Of a DNA stretch of 64,000 nt, positions 47,826 to 57,554 are shown piece after piece. Position numbers and translations under genes: made by a program. Each line of letters opens with the position of its first letter. Position 1 is the first letter of the stretch. The stretch covers positions 288,211-352,210 of the forward strand of contig JASNYD010000006.1 of NCBI GenBank assembly GCA_048500355.1. The letters run 5' to 3'. The notes below the pieces were generated by a model. The model was not told the DNA's origin, did not search any database, and saw only the letters and a list, made by a program, of their open reading frames with translations. The stretch comes from Kofleriaceae bacterium (GTDB lineage Bacteria > Myxococcota_A > Polyangia > Haliangiales > Haliangiaceae).

Positions 47826-48665
47826 TCAGTCGAGGTCGCGGCGGACCGAGAGCACGCCGGCCACGTCCATGCGCTCGGCGCCCGCCACCGGCAGGCCGGC
47901 GGCCAGCTCGACCCGCCACAGGCCCTTGACCCGCCAGTGACCGCCGCCGCGCAGCGCCAGGTGATCGAGGCCCCAGCCGTACCAGCCGGCCTGCACGTCG
48001 GCGCCGGCGAACAGCGCCAGCCAGCGGACGGGGCGCGCGGTGAGATCGACCGAGGCCAGGGCCGCCGCCCGCCCGGTGCGGCCGCTGGTCGACGACGCGT
48101 ACCAGCCGAGCGCGCCGGCGTGGCCGTGCAGGCGCACGCGCGGGGCCAGGAGCCAGGTCACGCCGGCCCCGACGAGGAGCCCGCCCGAGCTGCTGTCGAG
48201 GCGCGAGCGCGTGAACGGCACCTCGACCCGGGCGTGGAGCGCGCGCACGAACGGCCGGCCGGCCAGCACGCCGTCGCCGCCCCACGCCACGTGCGCGCCG
48301 AGCGGACCGTAGCCGAGCTCGTCGACGGCGAGCACCGCGTTCTGCACGAACACGGCGTCGACCGCGCGCAGCGAGAAGCCCCACTCCAGGCCCCACTCCT
48401 CGAGCAGGCGGATCTGCACCGTCGCGTCGCCGCCGAGCGTGCCGTAGAAGTCGGGGGTGTCGACGAGCGCGCGCGCGCCCAGGCGTACCGCGACGTCGGC
48501 GTGGAGGCAGCCGCCGCGCCCGCCGTCGATGCCGCTGTCGCGCCACGGCAGGGTCACCGGATCGTCGATGTGCTCGGCGCACGGCGCGGTGGCCTCGAGG
48601 TCGGCGGCGGCCGGCGCGCTCGCGCCGAGCACCACCAGCGCCGGCAGGAGCCGCCGCGCCCTCAC
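47826..48665 (-). CDS. Secreted/outer-membrane beta-barrel-like protein, GTGA-coupled to the upstream PHP-domain lipoprotein
   Basis: GTG at 48665 overlaps the upstream stop. The signal peptide is RRLLPALVVLGASAPAAADLEA. An alternating hydrophobic/aromatic strand pattern follows (…GWYGWGLDHLALRGGGHWRVKGLWRVELAAGL…). Confidence 0.5.
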   Translation of the reverse strand: MRARRLLPALVVLGASAPAAADLEATAPCAEHIDDPVTLPWRDSGIDGGRGGCLHADVAVRLGARALVDTPDFYGTLGGDATVQIRLLEEWGLEWGFSLRAVDAVFVQNAVLAVDELGYGPLGAHVAWGGDGVLAGRPFVRALHARVEVPFTRSRLDSSSGGLLVGAGVTWLLAPRVRLHGHAGALGWYASSTSGRTGRAAALASVDLTARPVRWLALFAGADVQAGWYGWGLDHLALRGGGHWRVKGLWRVELAAGLPVAGAERMDVAGVLSVRRDLD

Positions 48666-51592
48666 CGCTGCCCTCGCGGCGGGGTCCAGCCGTCGCCGCC
48701 GACGTCGACGAGCAGCGGGCTGGTGAAGCCGATGGGCCAGCTCTCGGGCACGATCCGGGTCATGTGGAAGCGGCGGTCGGTGGGCGCGATCGGATCGGGC
48801 GGGTTGAGGATGGGCCCCACGTCGTCGTCGTCCTCGGCGTCCTCGACGTCGGCCCGGTCGACGTCGCCGTCGCCGTCGTTGTCGCCGGTGTCGAGGACGC
48901 CGTCGCCGTCGAGATCGGCGTACGGCGGCGGCGCCAGGCCGGCCTCGATGACGAGCCAGTCGTCGCCCCCGCCGGGGACGAGGTCGGCGAGCGCGACCTC
49001 GCCCTGCCAGCGCACGACGCCGGCGGCGCCGAAGGGATCGGCGGGCGCCGGCAGGTCGCGCACCAGCACGCGCTCGCCGGCCGAGGTCACGACCCGGACC
49101 TCGTCGACGGGGATCCACGGCGCGGCGCGGACGGTGATGGCCACGACGTCGCCGGCCACCGGCACCACCGGCTCGAGGCCGAGGCCGCGGCGGGGCGCGC
49201 CCGACGGGCCGATCGCGACCTCGATGAACACCCCGGTGCCGGCGACCGCGCGCCCGGCGCGCAGCGCGGCGTTGAAGCTGGCGGCGGTGACCTCGCCGAC
49301 GGTGCCGCCGGTCTCGACCCAGGTCCGGCCCCAGCCGAGCTGGTTGTCGCGCAGCCCGTGCGAGTCGCTCGCCGCCACCCCCGGCACCGGGTGGCCGGCG
49401 GAGATCAGCGCGAACCACAGCGGCCGGGTCTTGGCCCACTCGTCGGCGCCGGCGCCGTTCTGCACCTCCATGACGTCCCAGTCGAGGTTCTGGCGGCCGC
49501 CGCCGGGCCGGCGCAGCAGCGCGCCGTTGCCGCCGGCGGCGGGCGCGGCCGGCAGGCCCTGGCGCGGATCGAACCCGATCGCGCGCAGGTAGCCGAGGTC
49601 GCGTCCGAACTGGGTCTCGTCCCACGGGTGGTTGATCATGATGACGCCGTCGGGGCCCATCATCGGCCCCAGGCGATCGAAGAGCTGGCCGGGCTCCAGC
49701 CGCTCGTCCCAGGGCGCGCCGCCGCGCGGCTCGCCGGGGACCGCGGGGAGCGGCCAGAAGTTGAAGTGGCCGATGACCCGCGGCAGGTCCTCGCCGGGCA
49801 GCTCGAGCCAGGGGATGAGCTGCGTGGTCTCGAGGCCGCCCATCACCAGCAGCCGGTCGGCCACGCCCAGTGCGGCCAGGGCGTCGTCGTACTCGCCGAT
49901 CGCGTCGTGATCGGTGGCGGCGATGACGTCGATGCCGGCGGCCACGAACGAGCGTACGCGATCGAGGTCGGGGAGGCCCGAGTCGAACGAGCGGCGGCCG
50001 TGGACGTGGAGATCGGCGCCCAGCCAGCCGGCCGGACGCACGGGCAGCGCGGTCAGCGCCAGCTCGTGGCTGGCGATCTCGCCGCCGACCAGCGTGACCT
50101 CGACCCGGGCCAGCGTGGCGTCGGGGCCGGCGCTGGCGTAGAGCCAGTAGCGTCCGGGCGGCGCCTCGACCTCGGTGCCGGCGGGATCGACGAGCACGCG
50201 GTTGCAGGCCGGCGACGCGCCGTCGGGCGGACCCAGCCACGGCGCGCACGGCGTCAGGCGGCCGTGCAGCGAGCCCCGCACCGCGGCGCGGGTGGCGTCG
50301 TCGGCGGGCTCGACCACGACCACGGCGTGGACCGGCGCCGGGATCCCGCCGCCGTCGTCGAGCGTGACCGCGAGCTGGAGCGTCGCCGGCGGGTCGATCG
50401 CGAGCTCGCCGACCGCGCCGTCGGCGGCGACCGGGCCCTCGGCCACCTTGCGGCCGAAGCTCCACAGCTCGTACGCCAGCGAGGTGCCGAACGGGACCGC
50501 GGCGCGGAACGTGCCATCCGCCGCCGGCACCACGGCGGCGACCGGGACCCGCTCGGCGCCCGCCACCACCATCAGCGAGGCGCGGCGCACGTCGCCGCCC
50601 CAGCCCAGGCCACCGGCGGTGACCCGGCCGTTGACGACGATCGCGCCGCGGTCGCCGTGGACCTGGGCGCGCGCCGCCAGCGCCGCGGTGATGGCGGGGG
50701 CCGGGCCGGCGCCGCCGGTGCCGGGGCCGGCGGCGACGAGGAAGCGCTCGAACACCACGGCGTCGCCGGGACGGACCAGCTTGAGGTCGGTGCCGAGCGC
50801 GGTGATCTCGAGATCGGCCACGCCGTGGACCTGGGGCTGGCTGCATGCGATCACCGCGTAGGACGGGGCGAGGGCGTCGGGGGTGGCGGCGGCGACGTAG
50901 CGATACGGCGACCACAGCGCCGTCAGCTTGAGCAGATCGAGCTCGGGCTGCTGGTAGCCCTGCCCCGCCACCGGCGTGAACGGGACCCCGCGCCGCTTGC
51001 CGAGGTGGACCGCGTCGGCGATCACGAAGGCCTGCGCGTACGGCGAGGCGTTCCACAGCTCGCTGTGCACGCGCAGCCCGGGATCGCAGGTGTGGAGCTC
51101 GTAGCGGGTGGCGACCTTCACGTCGCGCCGTCCGTCGAGGTGGCCGCGCACCACCACCGCCACGAACTCGGGGCTGCGGTCGATCACCTCGAGCTCGGTG
51201 TAGGCGAAGGCGTCGGCGGGCAGGATCCCGGCGAGCTGGTACGACAGCGTCAGATCGTCGCGACCGCCGGCCGGACCCAGATCGATCAGCGTGCCGCCGG
51301 TGGGGGCCAGGTCGATGGGCGCGTCGAGCTCGTTGATGACCGCGGTGACGACCCCGTTGGACAAGGCGATGGCGCGCGCCGAGCCCTCGGCGAGCTCGAG
51401 ACGCAGCTCGGCCGGCAGCGTGGCGTGGGCGCCGATGTGGAGGCGGGGCGCCGCGCACTCGATCTCGAGCTGCGGGCACGGCCGGGTGGCCTCGCAGTCG
51501 CCGCCGAGGCAGCTCGAGCGCTGACAGGCGAGCTGCGCGCTCGCGAGGCCGAGCGCCGTCACCACCGGTACGACCACCTCGACCCTGGGCAC
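48662..51592 (-). CDS. Large secreted lipoprotein containing a PHP-type metal-dependent phosphoesterase (CehA/McbA-like) domain and an acidic Asp-rich C-terminal region
   Basis: GTG at 51592 gives VPRVEVVVPVVTALGLASAQLAC (lipobox). The PHP motifs are ADLHVHGRRSFDSG ... IDVIAATDHD ... and a downstream His cluster (HFNFW, INHPWDE, DSHGL). Calcium-binding-like DxDxDG repeats lie near the C-terminus (DLDGDGVLDTGDNDGDGDVD). Confidence 0.65.
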   Translation of the reverse strand: MPRVEVVVPVVTALGLASAQLACQRSSCLGGDCEATRPCPQLEIECAAPRLHIGAHATLPAELRLELAEGSARAIALSNGVVTAVINELDAPIDLAPTGGTLIDLGPAGGRDDLTLSYQLAGILPADAFAYTELEVIDRSPEFVAVVVRGHLDGRRDVKVATRYELHTCDPGLRVHSELWNASPYAQAFVIADAVHLGKRRGVPFTPVAGQGYQQPELDLLKLTALWSPYRYVAAATPDALAPSYAVIACSQPQVHGVADLEITALGTDLKLVRPGDAVVFERFLVAAGPGTGGAGPAPAITAALAARAQVHGDRGAIVVNGRVTAGGLGWGGDVRRASLMVVAGAERVPVAAVVPAADGTFRAAVPFGTSLAYELWSFGRKVAEGPVAADGAVGELAIDPPATLQLAVTLDDGGGIPAPVHAVVVVEPADDATRAAVRGSLHGRLTPCAPWLGPPDGASPACNRVLVDPAGTEVEAPPGRYWLYASAGPDATLARVEVTLVGGEIASHELALTALPVRPAGWLGADLHVHGRRSFDSGLPDLDRVRSFVAAGIDVIAATDHDAIGEYDDALAALGVADRLLVMGGLETTQLIPWLELPGEDLPRVIGHFNFWPLPAVPGEPRGGAPWDERLEPGQLFDRLGPMMGPDGVIMINHPWDETQFGRDLGYLRAIGFDPRQGLPAAPAAGGNGALLRRPGGGRQNLDWDVMEVQNGAGADEWAKTRPLWFALISAGHPVPGVAASDSHGLRDNQLGWGRTWVETGGTVGEVTAASFNAALRAGRAVAGTGVFIEVAIGPSGAPRRGLGLEPVVPVAGDVVAITVRAAPWIPVDEVRVVTSAGERVLVRDLPAPADPFGAAGVVRWQGEVALADLVPGGGDDWLVIEAGLAPPPYADLDGDGVLDTGDNDGDGDVDRADVEDAEDDDDVGPILNPPDPIAPTDRRFHMTRIVPESWPIGFTSPLLVDVGGDGWTPPRGQR

Positions 51593-51686
51593 GGGAATAA
51601 TCGTAGCCGAACTGCCGTCACGGCCGCGCGGCGGTGAACCGATATCGGCGGTCGCGTGGGCCGATCCGGCGTGCGATACGTGAGCC

Positions 51687-52661
51687 ATGCGCGCCTGGCG
51701 AGTCCATGCCCACGGTCAGCACAGGGACGTGCTGCGCCTCGAGGAGGTCCCGGCCCCGGAGCCGCCGGTGGGGGGCGCGGTGGTGCGGATCGAGGCCGCC
51801 GCCCTCAACTTCCCCGACCTCCTGAGCATCGCCGGCCAGTACCAGGTCAAGGCGCCGCTGCCGTTCACGCCCGGCATCGAGGCCGCGGGGACCGTGATCC
51901 GCGCCGGCGACCGCAGCCGCCATCGGGTCGGTGACCGCGTCATCGTCAGCGCACCGTGGGGCGCGTTCGCCGACGAGCTCGCGGCGCCCGACGCCCAGCT
52001 CCTGCCGTGGCCGGCGGGGCTGACCGCGGCCGAGGCGGCGAGCTTCGTCGTCACCTACCACACCGGCCACCTCGGCCTCGTCCACCGCGCGCGGCTGCGC
52101 GCCGGCGAGACCGTGCTGGTCCACGGCGGCGCCGGCGGCGTCGGCATCGCCGCGATCCAGCTCGCGAAGGCGAGCGGCGCGACGGTGATCGCGACCGCCG
52201 GGACCGACGACAAGCTGACGGTGTGCGCGGCCGCCGGCGCCGACCACGTCGTCAACTACCGCGGCGCCGACTGGGTGAGCGCGGTCAAGGCGCTGACCGG
52301 CGGCCGGGGCGCCGACGTCATCTACGACCCGGTGGGCGGCGACGTCTTCGATCAGAGCCTGCGCTGCCTGGCGTGGGAGGGGCGGCTCCTGGTCATCGGC
52401 TTCGCCTCGGGGCGCATCCCCGAGCTCAAGCTCAACCGCGTGCTGCTCAAGAACGTCGACGTCATCGGCCTGTACTGGGGCGCCTACCAGCACCACGACC
52501 CGGCGCGGGTGACCGCCACCCACGCCGCCCTGTGCGATCTGGTCGCCGCCGGCGCCTGCCGGCCGCTGATCTGGAAGGAGCTGCCGCTGGCCGAGCTACC
52601 CGCGGCCCTGACCGCCCTCGAGAGCCGGGAGAGCCACGGCAAGATCGCCGTCGTGCCCTGA
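51687..52661 (+). CDS. NADPH:quinone oxidoreductase / zinc-type alcohol dehydrogenase-like (MDR superfamily)
   Basis: GroES-like N-terminal domain and a Rossmann motif LVHGGAGGVGIAAIQLAK. The Qor-like length is 324 aa. Confidence 0.85.
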   Translation: MRAWRVHAHGQHRDVLRLEEVPAPEPPVGGAVVRIEAAALNFPDLLSIAGQYQVKAPLPFTPGIEAAGTVIRAGDRSRHRVGDRVIVSAPWGAFADELAAPDAQLLPWPAGLTAAEAASFVVTYHTGHLGLVHRARLRAGETVLVHGGAGGVGIAAIQLAKASGATVIATAGTDDKLTVCAAAGADHVVNYRGADWVSAVKALTGGRGADVIYDPVGGDVFDQSLRCLAWEGRLLVIGFASGRIPELKLNRVLLKNVDVIGLYWGAYQHHDPARVTATHAALCDLVAAGACRPLIWKELPLAELPAALTALESRESHGKIAVVP

Positions 52662-54167
52662 GGTCCCGCGCGACGCCCCGGCCGCGGCGAGCGCGGGCGC
52701 GGTGGCCGCCGCGGTGGCGGGCGCCGGCGCCCGGTCGGCGCCGCCGAACCGCAGCGCGATGGCGTGGCGACGGAAGCCGAAGATCCGGGTCAGCATCGGC
52801 CGCACCACCAGGCGGTGGGCGAGCGCGCCCAGCGGCCCCAGGGGCGGCGCGTAGAGCACGCGATCGATCATCACCGTCCGATCGCCGTCGGCGACGAAGC
52901 GGTGCTCGTGCCACCAGCTCCGGTACGGGCCGCGGTGCTGGGCGTCGACGAACCCCTGCCCCGGCTGCCACGCCTCGATCACCGTGCGCCAGCGCAGGGG
53001 CACGCCGGCGACGCGCAGGCCGTAGTCGATCACCGTGCCGGGGGCCATGGCGATGGGGCGCGGCGTCAGGATCTCGAAGCCCAGCGCCGGCGGCGTGAGC
53101 AGCTCGAGGTTGGCGGCCTCGGCGAAGAACGGGAAGACCTCGGCGAGCGGCGCCGCCAGCTCGGTGCGGGTCTCGAGCACGTAGCGGGGGCGCCGCGTCG
53201 CCAGGTAGGGCGCCGCGGGCAGCGGCGTGGTGGCGTCGACGCGCGCGATGCGCACCGCGGCGGCGCCGGCGGCGAGGTCGGCCACGGCCGACGCCAGGGT
53301 GGTGAAGGCGAAGCGGAAGCCGCGCGCGAGCGCCGCCGCCGGCGCGCAGCGCTGGCTCGCCAGGAGCAGCTCCGCCCGCGCCCCGAGCACGGCGCGCAGG
53401 GCGACCGCCGGCGCCGGCAGGGGCGCGGCGCCGCCGAGGGCGGTGGCCACCGCCCGGGTCAGGGTCGCGTTGTCGACCGGGGTCGGCGCCACCGCGTTGA
53501 CCGGGCCGCGCCAGCGCGCGTCGCCGAGCGCGACCACGATCAGCTCGACCAGGTCGGCGAGGTGGATCCACGACATCCACTGCCGCCCCGAGCCGAGGCG
53601 GCCGGCGACCCGCGCCCGCGCCAGCGGCGCCAGGCGGGCGAGCACGCCGCCCTCGGCGCCGAGGACGATGCCGGTGCGCAGGAGCACCGTGCGCGCCGCG
53701 GGCACCCGCGCCGCCGCCGCCTCCCAGTCGGCGCACAGCTCGGCGGCGAAGCCGGCGCCCGGCGCCGCGCGCTCGTCGAGGACCTCGTCGCCGCGGTCGC
53801 CGTAGATCCCCACCGCGCTGCCGGAGATCAGCACCGGCAGCGGGCGCGGCCGGGCGGCGGCCGCCGCCGCCAGCGCCGCGGTCACGCCGACCCGGCTGGC
53901 GCGCAGCGCGCGGCGACGGGCCGCGGTCCACCGGCGGTCGGCGATGGGCTCGCCGGCGAGGTTGACCACGGCGTCGGCCTCGGCCATCGCCGTGGCCAGC
54001 GCCGCCCCGTCGCCGGCCGCGACCAGCTCGACGTCGGGGCCGAGCCGGCGCCGGGCGCGGACCGGATCCCGGACCAGCGCGGTGACGCGGTGGCGATCGC
54101 GGGCCAGGCGGAGCAGGAGGGCGCGGCCGATGAAGCCGGTGGCGCCGGTGACGAGGACGCGCATCAT
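52596..54167 (-). CDS. TIGR01777-type NAD-dependent epimerase-family protein (SDR39U1/DUF1731) fused to a C-terminal SRPBCC (polyketide-cyclase-like) domain
   Basis: ATG at 54167 gives MMRVLVTGATGFIGRAL (Rossmann GxxGxxG). DUF1731-like C-terminal segment, then an SRPBCC-like segment (...YVLETRTELAAPLAEVFPFFAEAANLELLTPP...WRTVIEAWQPGQGFVDAQHRGPYRSWWHEHRF...). The 3' end overlaps the quinone-oxidoreductase gene on the other strand by about 66 bp. Confidence 0.7.
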   Translation of the reverse strand: MMRVLVTGATGFIGRALLLRLARDRHRVTALVRDPVRARRRLGPDVELVAAGDGAALATAMAEADAVVNLAGEPIADRRWTAARRRALRASRVGVTAALAAAAAARPRPLPVLISGSAVGIYGDRGDEVLDERAAPGAGFAAELCADWEAAAARVPAARTVLLRTGIVLGAEGGVLARLAPLARARVAGRLGSGRQWMSWIHLADLVELIVVALGDARWRGPVNAVAPTPVDNATLTRAVATALGGAAPLPAPAVALRAVLGARAELLLASQRCAPAAALARGFRFAFTTLASAVADLAAGAAAVRIARVDATTPLPAAPYLATRRPRYVLETRTELAAPLAEVFPFFAEAANLELLTPPALGFEILTPRPIAMAPGTVIDYGLRVAGVPLRWRTVIEAWQPGQGFVDAQHRGPYRSWWHEHRFVADGDRTVMIDRVLYAPPLGPLGALAHRLVVRPMLTRIFGFRRHAIALRFGGADRAPAPATAAATAPALAAAGASRGTSGHDGDLAVALPALEGGQGRG

Positions 54168-54832
54168 GCACCTCCGCGCTGGCGCAGGAGCGCCGCGACC
54201 TCGGCGCGCGCGGCGGCGTCGGACCTCCACGCGCCGCGCCAGGCGACCGTGGTCATGGTCGCCTCGGGCTGCCGGACGCCGCGCACGGTCATGCACAGGT
54301 GCGTGCTCTCGAGCTGGACGCCGACCGCGCCGGCGCCCAGGTGGTGGGCGATGGCGTCGGCGATCTGCGCCGTCAGCCGCTCCTGCACCTGCGGCCGGCG
54401 GGCCAGGACCTCGACGGTGCGCGCCAGCTTGGACAGGCCGACCACCCGCCCCTCCGCCGGCAGGTAGGCGACGTGGGCGCGGCCGGAGAACGGCAGGAGG
54501 TGGTGCTCGCACAGCGAGTGGAAGCCGATGTCGCGCACCACCACCAGCTCGTCGGTGCCCTCGGCGAAGACCCGGGCCAGGTGGCGGCCCGGGTCGTCGC
54601 GGAGCCCGGCGGTCAGCTCGGCGAAGGCGCGGGCGACCCGGGCCGGGGTGTCGCGCAGGCCCTCCCGCGCCGGGTCCTCGCCGAAGGCGAGGAGCAGCTC
54701 GCGGACGGCGCGCTCGGCGCGGGCGTGATCGAAAGGACGGAGGGCGGGGCCGGCGCGATCCTCGTCGAGCTCGTCGAGCCCGGCGCGCGCGACCGGCGCG
54801 ATGGCGGTGTGGAGCGAGATGGGTGGCGTCAC
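54164..54832 (-). CDS. folE: GTP cyclohydrolase I (FolE)
   Basis: Canonical FolE motifs: DTPARVARAF ... SLCEHHLLPFSGRAHVAYLP ... VQLESTHLCMTVRGV. Its stop overlaps the ATG of the downstream epimerase-family gene (ATGA). Confidence 0.9.
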   Translation of the reverse strand: MTPPISLHTAIAPVARAGLDELDEDRAGPALRPFDHARAERAVRELLLAFGEDPAREGLRDTPARVARAFAELTAGLRDDPGRHLARVFAEGTDELVVVRDIGFHSLCEHHLLPFSGRAHVAYLPAEGRVVGLSKLARTVEVLARRPQVQERLTAQIADAIAHHLGAGAVGVQLESTHLCMTVRGVRQPEATMTTVAWRGAWRSDAAARAEVAALLRQRGGA

Positions 54833-54918
54833 GGCGCCTATGACGAGGCCGCGCGCCGCGACGGTACAGACGATCTGCGCGCGACGGATCGATCGCCGAC
54901 CGGGTCCGGACGGCGCGC

Positions 54919-55017
54919 CGGCCGCGCCGTCGAGGTTCGACCGCGGCGCCCCGGCCGCGCCGTCGAGGTTCGACCGCGGCGCCCCGGCCGCGCCGTCGAG
55001 GTTCGACCGCGGCGCCG
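54919..55017. repeat. Three tandem 33-bp direct repeats (ggccgcgccgtcgaggttcgaccgcggcgcccc), each with an imperfect internal palindrome, in the folE / DUF4397 divergent intergenic region
   Basis: Read directly. gcgccgtcga..tcgaccgcggcgc forms an imperfect hairpin within each unit. Confidence 0.7.
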
Positions 55018-55170
55018 GCGACGGTCCGCGATCGTTCCCGTCGAGAATCGACGCCGCGCGCGAAACCTCCGCGCCCGATCGCGACGTCGTAGCGGCGGTT
55101 CGTGGCCGCGCGAATGCGCGCGGGGCCGCGACCCCTAGCCCGAGCCTCGCCCTTTCCCGACGGAGGAACC

Positions 55171-56592
55171 ATGCGCCCGACCCGCTTCGCGATCCCCCTC
55201 ACCCTCGCGTTCGCCGCGCCCCTGGCGGCGTGCGGCGACGACGACGCCACCGACCCGCAGCCCGACACCGCGCGCCTGCGCGTGGTGCACGCCTCACCCG
55301 ACGCCCCCGCCGTCGACATCTACGCCCAGGGCGTGGCCACGCCGCTGGTGACGAACCTCGCCTACGGCCAGGTCACGCCGTACCTCGAGCTCGACGAGGG
55401 CACGTACACCCTCGAGCTCCGCGCCGCCGGCGCCACCGGCGCGCCGGCCTTCACCACCGGCCCGCTGTGGGTCGGCGACGACAAGGCCTACACCGCGGTG
55501 GCCGCCGGCTTCCTGGCGTCGACCGCCGACGCCGATCGGTTCCGCGTCCTCGCGCTCGAGGAGGGCTTCACCGCCCCCGGCGCCGATCAGGTCGCGGTGC
55601 GCGTCGTCCACGCCGCCGCCGACGCGCCCACCGTCGGCATCGACGTCGGCGCCGACGACCCGGCCAACCCGGAGGTGCCGTCGCTGGCCCGCTTCGCCGA
55701 CACCGGCGCCGCCGGCATCGCCCTGCCCGCCGGCCAGCCGCTGCGCATCGGCATCGCCGCCGGCGGCGCCACCGTCACCAGCTTCAGCGCGCCCGCCCTG
55801 CCCGGCGGCGCCGAGCTGTTCGTGATCGCGATCGGGCGCCTCGGCGATCTGCCGCGTCAGCCCACCGGCTTCTCGCTCGCCGCCATCGGCGACGCCGGTC
55901 TGGTCGGCATCCTGGCCCAGGACCCGACGGTGTACGCGCTCCACGCCTCGCCCGACGCCCCCGACGTCGACGTCCGGGTGGCGGCCAACGACGCGCTCCT
56001 GATCGGCGACCTCGGCTACGGCGAGCTGCGCGGCGTCCAGGTGCCGCCCGGCTCGTACGAGCTGGACTTCTACGCCGCCGGCAGCGCGCCCGGCACGCCC
56101 GCGGCCTCGGCCCAGGTCCCGGGCCTCGCCGCCGGCCAGCGCTACCTCGCCGTGGCCACCGGCTTCCTCGCCCCCGGCAGCGGCGAGCCCGGCTTCCAGC
56201 TCATCGCGGTCGCCGACGAGCTGGCGATCGACGCCAGCGGCGCGCGCCTCGGCGCGATCCACGCCTCGCCCGACGCGCCCGCCGTCGACATCGCCACCGC
56301 CACCGGCCAGGTGATGGACTCGCCGGCCCTGGTCGCCGGCCTGGCGTTCGGCGCGGCCGCCGCCGGCGCGGGCCTCGAGGTGCCGGCCGCGAGCCTGCGG
56401 GTCGGCGTGGCCGCCGCCGGCCAGTCCACCGCGGTCGCGACGTTCGACGTCACGACCGTCGACGGCCTGCGCGCCTTCGCCGTCGCCACCGGCGCGCTGG
56501 CGCCGGCCGCCGGCCGCCAGCCCTTCCGCCTGACGATCGTCGACACCTCCGCCTCGCCGTGGACGGCGACCGCGATCGCGCCCAACCCGTGA
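55171..56592 (+). CDS. DUF4397 domain lipoprotein
   Basis: GGAGG 6 nt upstream of the ATG. MRPTRFAIPLTLAFAAPLAAC is a lipobox. Four repeats of the DUF4397 signature (RVVHASPDAPAVDIY / RVVHAAADAPTVGIDV / YALHASPDAPDVDVRV / GAIHASPDAPAVDIA). Confidence 0.7.
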   Translation: MRPTRFAIPLTLAFAAPLAACGDDDATDPQPDTARLRVVHASPDAPAVDIYAQGVATPLVTNLAYGQVTPYLELDEGTYTLELRAAGATGAPAFTTGPLWVGDDKAYTAVAAGFLASTADADRFRVLALEEGFTAPGADQVAVRVVHAAADAPTVGIDVGADDPANPEVPSLARFADTGAAGIALPAGQPLRIGIAAGGATVTSFSAPALPGGAELFVIAIGRLGDLPRQPTGFSLAAIGDAGLVGILAQDPTVYALHASPDAPDVDVRVAANDALLIGDLGYGELRGVQVPPGSYELDFYAAGSAPGTPAASAQVPGLAAGQRYLAVATGFLAPGSGEPGFQLIAVADELAIDASGARLGAIHASPDAPAVDIATATGQVMDSPALVAGLAFGAAAAGAGLEVPAASLRVGVAAAGQSTAVATFDVTTVDGLRAFAVATGALAPAAGRQPFRLTIVDTSASPWTATAIAPNP

Positions 56593-56717
56593 CCGCCTGA
56601 CCGACCTCCAGCCAGGAACCGAGGCGGCCGGATCCCGAAGGGTCCGGCCGCGAGGTGCGCCACGGGCCGCGGCGAGCGAGGGCCGCTCCGGCGGCCCGTC
56701 TGCTAGGATCGGGCGGG

Positions 56718-57509
56718 ATGGACGGAGTCGCGCGCACCCACCGGGACACGATCGCGTTCGTGCTGGCCATCCTCGGCGCCGCGACCTGGTCGGTGTTCCC
56801 GACCATCGCGCTCCTCCACGACCGCCTCCCCGATCGGGCGCTGGGGACGGACCTCATCCTGGCCACCGCCCTCGTCGTCGGCGCCGCGCTCGGGGCCGCC
56901 TCCGCGGCCACGCTGTGGCGACAGGTGGCGCTGGCCACCGCCGGCGTCGCCGGCGCCCTGACCGCCGCGCTGGCGGTGGGCGTGATGGGGCAGATCGATC
57001 GCGGCGCCTCGACCGCCCCGCTCGCCGCCCTGCTCACCGTGCTGGTGACCGCGCTGGCCGCGGTCGGCGGGGCCGTGATCGGCCGCCGGACGAGGCGGCC
57101 GTGGCCGGGGCTGGTGGCGGCCTGGATCGTCCTCGCCGCCTCGGGCATGGCCTGGGCCGGCCTCGGCCTGGCCGCCGTGCGCGGCGCCAGCATCGGCGCC
57201 GGCCTGATCACGACCGCGCTCCTGGTCGCGTCGCTCCTGGGCGCGGTCGCCGCGGGCCTCCTCGATCGCCGCGCCCGGCCCAGCTCGATGGCGGCCTGGC
57301 TGCTCGGCCTCGAGGTGTCGACCTTCGCGATCGTCGCCCTCAACGAGGACTCGAGCGCCGCGGGCGTCGTGGGCGTCTTCATCGGCGGGCTCCTCCTGTC
57401 GCTCCTGTTCGTCGGCGCCGCCGCGCTCGGCCTGGCCGCGGTCCGCCGCCACCAGCCACCGCCGACGGTCGAGGCCACCGTGCCGACCGCCGAGGTGGTC
57501 GAGCGCTGA
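56718..57509 (+). CDS. Hypothetical polytopic membrane protein
   Basis: ATG at 56718 gives MDGVARTHRDTIAFVLAILGAATWSV. Six to seven hydrophobic helices rich in Ala/Gly/Leu. Confidence 0.5.
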   Translation: MDGVARTHRDTIAFVLAILGAATWSVFPTIALLHDRLPDRALGTDLILATALVVGAALGAASAATLWRQVALATAGVAGALTAALAVGVMGQIDRGASTAPLAALLTVLVTALAAVGGAVIGRRTRRPWPGLVAAWIVLAASGMAWAGLGLAAVRGASIGAGLITTALLVASLLGAVAAGLLDRRARPSSMAAWLLGLEVSTFAIVALNEDSSAAGVVGVFIGGLLLSLLFVGAAALGLAAVRRHQPPPTVEATVPTAEVVER

Positions 57510-57554
57510 CGCCTCACGCGGGCACGAGCGCCTCGGCTCGGCCACGCCTCCGCT

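Noticed and set aside
52596-52661. 66-bp tail overlap between the quinone oxidoreductase (+) and the epimerase-SRPBCC gene (-)
   Set aside because: Not treated as an error. Convergent overlaps of this size occur. The last ~40 residues of the minus-strand product are low-complexity, so its true stop could be earlier after resequencing.
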